This document shows positions 60,630 to 64,000 of a DNA stretch of 64,000 nucleotides, one piece after another. The translations under genes were made by a program, and so were the position numbers. Origin of the DNA: Gammaproteobacteria bacterium (GTDB lineage Bacteria; Pseudomonadota; Gammaproteobacteria; JAKEHO01); the NCBI GenBank assembly GCA_022614965.1, contig JAKEHO010000071.1:19804-83803 (forward strand). Reading direction: 5' to 3'. The notes below the pieces were generated by a model, which saw nothing but the letters and a program-made list of their open reading frames with translations, made no database searches and was not told the DNA's origin. The number at the start of each line of letters is the position of its first letter. Position 1 is the first letter of the stretch.

Positions 60630-60974
60630 ATGAAGAAAAGCATATTAGTGGCTGTTTTTACCCTACTTTTTGTAACCGCATTCTCTGTTCAGGCGCAGGG
60701 GTTCATGCCGTGGACCGAAGTTTTTGTGATGGCTGACACAAGCGGTGATGGCATGATTACCATGGTCGAAATACAGGAGTTTCAAACGGCTCATACCGAA
60801 GTTTCGGGATTTTCCCCGTGGGCGAGCCAAAACTTTGACGCTATGGATACCAACGACGATGGCATGGTGACCATGCATGAGATGAAGGTGTATACGATGT
60901 CAATGAAGATGACGGATAGTCAGGTCACCGAAGGGTTTTATAAGGGGTTTGGTTTTATGCCCAGAAATCAATAG
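60630..60974 (+). CDS. secreted EF-hand calcium-binding protein (copy 1)
   Basis: Signal peptide ..SVQAQG. Two canonical loops, DTSGDGMITMVE and DTNDDGMVTMHE. Confidence 0.85.
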   Translation: MKKSILVAVFTLLFVTAFSVQAQGFMPWTEVFVMADTSGDGMITMVEIQEFQTAHTEVSGFSPWASQNFDAMDTNDDGMVTMHEMKVYTMSMKMTDSQVTEGFYKGFGFMPRNQ

Positions 60975-61031
60975 CTGAACAAGAATGACACGTGTTGGAC
61001 GCGGTAGCGCCCGTCATTTTTTTATCTCGCG

Positions 61032-61058
61032 AAGCCCATCCACTGGATGGGCTTTTTT
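61032..61058 (+). terminator. rho-independent terminator after EF-hand copy 1
   Basis: AAGCCCATCCactGGATGGGCTT followed by a T-run. It is preceded by a weaker hairpin plus T8 at about 61000-61023. Confidence 0.8.
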
Positions 61059-61315
61059 ATGCGCAGCCGGTGCGTGATCCCGAAGTCGGGTTGAGCTAAC
61101 ATTTGAGGATGAGGGCCTGCAGGGGTAGAATTCGTCAAAAGCATCGAGTTCATCGTCAGGTGTTCTGCCCCGATGTTATGCAGATCTGTGGGGCAAGGAC
61201 CGGTCTTTCCAGCGCTTTAGAACTGTCAATGTCTCCACAACACCGCGGCGAGGCCACAGAGCCGGCGAGCCTGTTCTGGTAGGTCAATGCCCAGGACAAT
61301 CACTTCGTGTGATGG

Positions 61316-61347
61316 AAATGTTAAATCTTCGTGACCCTCATGCGACA
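61316..61347 (+). promoter_or_regulatory. conserved upstream box of EF-hand gene copy 2
   Basis: AAATGTTAAAtcTTcGTGAccCTCaTG lies about 138 nt upstream of ATG 61454. Confidence 0.35.
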
Positions 61348-61453
61348 ACCGTTTTGTACCGTAACACGTGGGTGAACGTACTCACGCGTGTACGGTCAAT
61401 TTACCGTCTCGTCGCGAGTACCGATGAGGATCTATGCAACGAGGACCTTTGGG

Positions 61454-61798
61454 ATGAATAAAAACATACTATCAGCTATCTTCGCATTTCTGTTCGGAAC
61501 CGTTTCCCATGTGCAGGCCCAGGGTTTCATGCCATGGACCGATGTGTTTGCAATGGCTGATAGAAATGGCGATGGCATGCTTGTTATGACGGAAATCGAG
61601 GAGTTTCAGAAAACCCAGCGAGGCATCACGGGATTCGCCCCGTGGGCGACCGAAAACTTCGATATCATGGATACCAGCGGTGACGGCGCAGTCTCTATGG
61701 AAGAGATGAAGGCGCATATTGCAACAATGGAGATGACGGACGATGAGGTATCCGAAGGGTTTTATAAAGGCTTTGGATTCATGCCAAGAAATCAGTAG
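61454..61798 (+). CDS. secreted EF-hand calcium-binding protein (copy 2)
   Basis: Trimmed to ATG 61454. Signal peptide ..HVQAQG. Loops DRNGDGMLVMTE and DTSGDGAVSMEE. Same C-terminus GFYKGFGFMPRNQ as copy 1. Confidence 0.85.
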   Translation: MNKNILSAIFAFLFGTVSHVQAQGFMPWTDVFAMADRNGDGMLVMTEIEEFQKTQRGITGFAPWATENFDIMDTSGDGAVSMEEMKAHIATMEMTDDEVSEGFYKGFGFMPRNQ

Positions 61799-61853
61799 CG
61801 GGTGAGAGGTGTGGTATCGGACGCGGTGGCGTCCAGTCTTTCACACAGCTTGT

Positions 61854-61885
61854 AAAGCCCATCCAGTGGATGGGCTTTCTTATCT
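61854..61885 (+). terminator. terminator hairpin after EF-hand copy 2
   Basis: AAAGCCCATCCAgTGGATGGGCTTT followed by cttatct. It is preceded by the perfect hairpin GGACGCggtgGCGTCC at 61819-61834. Confidence 0.65.
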
Positions 61886-61926
61886 CTGGAACTTACTGGC
61901 GACGTGGACTCCCCTCTCAGGCTAAG

Positions 61927-62517
61927 ATGAAGTTTGACGATGCGAGGAGCACAAGGGGTCAACAGTTTGACACTATGAGGTGGTCACGGATGCCAACTGC
62001 CCCGCCGAATGTAAGCCATTATTTCGGGCCCATAATCGGAGGGTGGTTTCTGGTTAGGGTTCTCCTGGTCTTTGTGGCGTTGCTCGTATGGCTTGCAGGT
62101 ACAACGGGTCCAATGATGCGGGTCGTAGCCGATGAGCGCCCGCATGCGCCGGACTTTGATAGGTCCCTGTCGTGGTTGAATGTATCACGTCCGGTCAGCT
62201 TAGCTGACCTTCACGGCAAGGGGGTTGTCCTGGATTTCTGGACCTACGGTTGCATCAACTGTATGCATGTCATTCCGAACCTTCGCAAGTTGGAAATGAA
62301 ATATGGCAGCAAGATTGCGGTGATCGGAGTGCATTCACCCAAATTCGACAATGAAAAAAACATCGATACTCTGCGCAATATCATCGTTCGCTACGATCGC
62401 CAACATCCCATTGTAAGTGACGTGAACTTCTCATTATGGAAGCGATACAGTGTCCATGCCTGGCCTACGCGGGTAGTTATTGACCCGGCCGGGGGTGTCG
62501 TCGGCGCTTGGCCATAG
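61927..62517 (+). CDS. thioredoxin-like (redoxin) domain protein, possibly C-terminally truncated
   Basis: TM anchor, then FWTYGCINCMHVIPNLRKLE..VIGVHSPKFDNEK..AWPTRVVIDP. It ends right after the Trx fold. Start uncertain, because the track start overlaps the upstream terminator. Confidence 0.6.
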   Translation: MKFDDARSTRGQQFDTMRWSRMPTAPPNVSHYFGPIIGGWFLVRVLLVFVALLVWLAGTTGPMMRVVADERPHAPDFDRSLSWLNVSRPVSLADLHGKGVVLDFWTYGCINCMHVIPNLRKLEMKYGSKIAVIGVHSPKFDNEKNIDTLRNIIVRYDRQHPIVSDVNFSLWKRYSVHAWPTRVVIDPAGGVVGAWP

Positions 62518-62619
62518 CTTAGATAAGATCAAAAGTGTTATTTTACTCACTCGTCCCAAGCCATGGATAATTAATTATAGGAATGCTAATGGGCCTGTTC
62601 GTCTTCAGGAATTCGATTG

Positions 62620-63189
62620 ATGAATCAACAGACGATTTCTCACGTCGTTGGTTTTGATGATGCCCCCTTCCCACCGAATCACCGCGGGGATGTGCGGGTG
62701 GTTGGAGCTGTCTATTCGGGGGTACGGCTTGAGGGAGTATTGAGCGGCAAGGTGCGCCGTGATGGGGTGAATGCAACGCGCATGTTGATTGAACTCGTGG
62801 CTCAGTCGCGGTTCTTCCCCCAACTTCAGGCAATCATGATCCAAGGAATCGCCTTTGCCGGCTTTAATGTGGTTGACATCAAGCGGCTGAATAAAGAATT
62901 GCAAATTCCTGTCATGGCCATTGTTCGTAAGGCGCCAAATATGGAAATCATCGAGAAGGTATTGCTCAATAACGTTCCGGGAGGGCGAGCCAAGTGGGCA
63001 CGTATCAAGCGGGGAGGCCCCGTGGAACGAGCCGCAGGCGTCTATGTACAGCGGGCTGGTATTTCACATGACGAGGCCCGTGAACTGATCTGGCACTTAG
63101 CTGTCAACGGCACGATACCTGAACCATTGCGTACAGCTCATCTGATTGCAGGTGGCATCGAGATGGGTGAAAGTCGGCATAGAGTTTAA
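62620..63189 (+). CDS. DUF99 family protein (UPF0215, endonuclease V-like fold)
   Basis: VVGFDDAPF...VVGAVYSG...MIQGIAFAGFNVVD is the typical DUF99 pattern. Confidence 0.8.
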   Translation: MNQQTISHVVGFDDAPFPPNHRGDVRVVGAVYSGVRLEGVLSGKVRRDGVNATRMLIELVAQSRFFPQLQAIMIQGIAFAGFNVVDIKRLNKELQIPVMAIVRKAPNMEIIEKVLLNNVPGGRAKWARIKRGGPVERAAGVYVQRAGISHDEARELIWHLAVNGTIPEPLRTAHLIAGGIEMGESRHRV

Positions 63190-63227
63190 AAGCAAGCGTC
63201 TTGTATGCCCTCGGGTTAGGGGGATAC

Positions 63228-63572
63228 CTAGCAGGTCAAGTGCAGGGCTGCCACAATGGCCGCCGCATCTTGTTGTAATCTGTTAAACAGGGTTACCGCA
63301 TCGCTGGTGCGAACGGCGTGAACCGTGATCCCAAGTGATTCTAAATATGTCCTTGTCTCACGAGGAACGTCCATCCGCCCGAAGTAACCTGTCCCGATCA
63401 CGACAACTTCCGGTTTTGCCTTGACAATGTCGCAGAGATCTTTGATTTGAAGCCGATGTCCTTCCTTCCGCCACCAGGAGGAATCGATTTTTGCAGGATA
63501 GATGATCACATCTGTTGTATAGACCGTCCCATCGATGTCAATCTTTCCGAAGGTGTAGTCCGTAATTTTCAT
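63228..63572 (-). CDS. Mth938-like (DUF498/NDUFAF3-type) domain protein
   Basis: 114 aa. FGKIDIDGTVYTTDVIIYP...VVVIGTGYFGRM. Confidence 0.8.
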   Translation of the reverse strand: MKITDYTFGKIDIDGTVYTTDVIIYPAKIDSSWWRKEGHRLQIKDLCDIVKAKPEVVVIGTGYFGRMDVPRETRTYLESLGITVHAVRTSDAVTLFNRLQQDAAAIVAALHLTC

Positions 63573-63589
63573 GCCGAAGTGTCTACGCG

Positions 63590-63982
63590 CTAGCGTACTT
63601 TAACAGCGTCAAGGCTTACAACGGGCACGTTCCCTATCACTTCGGCACTGTGCACCGTCGCTTTCGGAACAAAAAGATAATCGCCGGATTCCAAAATGAC
63701 GGTCTCTCCCTCAACGGTCATCTTGAAACGGCCTGAAAGAACCGCGTCGATTTTGTCAAGCTCGTGGGTATGATCAGGAAAATACGTGCCGGGTGGATAA
63801 ACGTAGCGAGAAACCTCATAGCCCAACGCCTGCATTTTTTCGCAAAAAGCTGCTTCTGTTAACATTCCATCGGTTTCTGTATTCCAGTGCTTAAGTCTCA
63901 TGAGATGCGCCGGGATTTCATAGCAAATATGATTTAGGCCGCGGTCTGCGAGTGACTTCGTCTGGTGGGGAACTCTGTGCAT
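63590..63982 (-). CDS. cupin domain protein
   Basis: PPGTYFPDHTHELDKIDAVLSGRFKMTVEGETVILESGDYLFVPKATVHSAEV. The start is uncertain, with several in-frame ATGs. Confidence 0.75.
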   Translation of the reverse strand: MHRVPHQTKSLADRGLNHICYEIPAHLMRLKHWNTETDGMLTEAAFCEKMQALGYEVSRYVYPPGTYFPDHTHELDKIDAVLSGRFKMTVEGETVILESGDYLFVPKATVHSAEVIGNVPVVSLDAVKVR

Positions 63983-64000
63983 AGACGGAGTCTAGGGCGG

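Noticed and set aside
1-64000. Search by eye for tRNA, rRNA, tmRNA, RNase P, and transposase or integrase genes.
   Set aside because: I recognised no canonical T-arm or acceptor patterns, no rRNA-like conserved blocks, and no DDE, tyrosine or serine recombinase motifs in any listed ORF. A proper tRNAscan-SE, Infernal or ISfinder scan would be needed to exclude them formally.

Overview
This is a 64-kb bacterial chromosomal window with Gram-negative, proteobacterial-type signals (lipoboxes, Sec/Tat leaders, an OmpR-type two-component system). I recognised no rRNA, tRNA, CRISPR array, transposase or integrase. The window has two halves.

LEFT HALF (about 2.0-31.8 kb). This region is plastic and mosaic in base composition. 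It holds 22 copies, all on the + strand, of one structured modular repeat. The consensus is roughly GGGACAGATTTATTTTCGGTTGCGGGCGGTGCCCG..ATCTCTAACTATCCCGCTTGATGTGATTG, followed in about half the copies by a bulged hairpin GCGATTGA...TCAATCGCGGC. The copies occupy almost every gap between transcription units and cut the DNA into about 21 cassette-like units of unrelated accessory cargo:
- two type II toxin-antitoxin pairs
- GIY-YIG nucleases
- two patatin-like phospholipases
- hemolysin III
- an ABM monooxygenase
- CspA
- GYD and CDGSH proteins
- a Tat-signal MsrB
- DUF899, with one intact and one decayed copy of the same repeat-bounded unit
- an MFS oxalate/formate-type antiporter
- a bufferin/HvfA-type RiPP operon (8-Cys Sec-signal precursor + DUF692 MNIO enzyme + DUF2063) next to a TetR gene

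I consider this repeat array the most interesting candidate for something undescribed. It could be a non-canonical cassette array, or a strand-specific mobile element.

RIGHT HALF (31.9-64 kb). I saw no copies of the repeat here. The genes are mostly envelope, redox and housekeeping types:
- AhpD-like and MBL hydrolase proteins
- DUF1353, a LOG-family protein and a Sel1-repeat protein
- AMIN, META and DUF1460 proteins
- a persulfide dioxygenase-rhodanese fusion
- CapA and an FKBP isomerase
- an operon of adenylate-forming ligase + DCC/lipase-maturation-factor fusion + SGNH esterase
- an OmpR/histidine-kinase pair followed by a tandem duplication of a secreted EF-hand protein gene

Several genes carry lesions: a frameshift in a T-run, in-frame TAG codons, and a lost start codon. 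All family assignments come from motif recognition by eye and have not been checked by database search.
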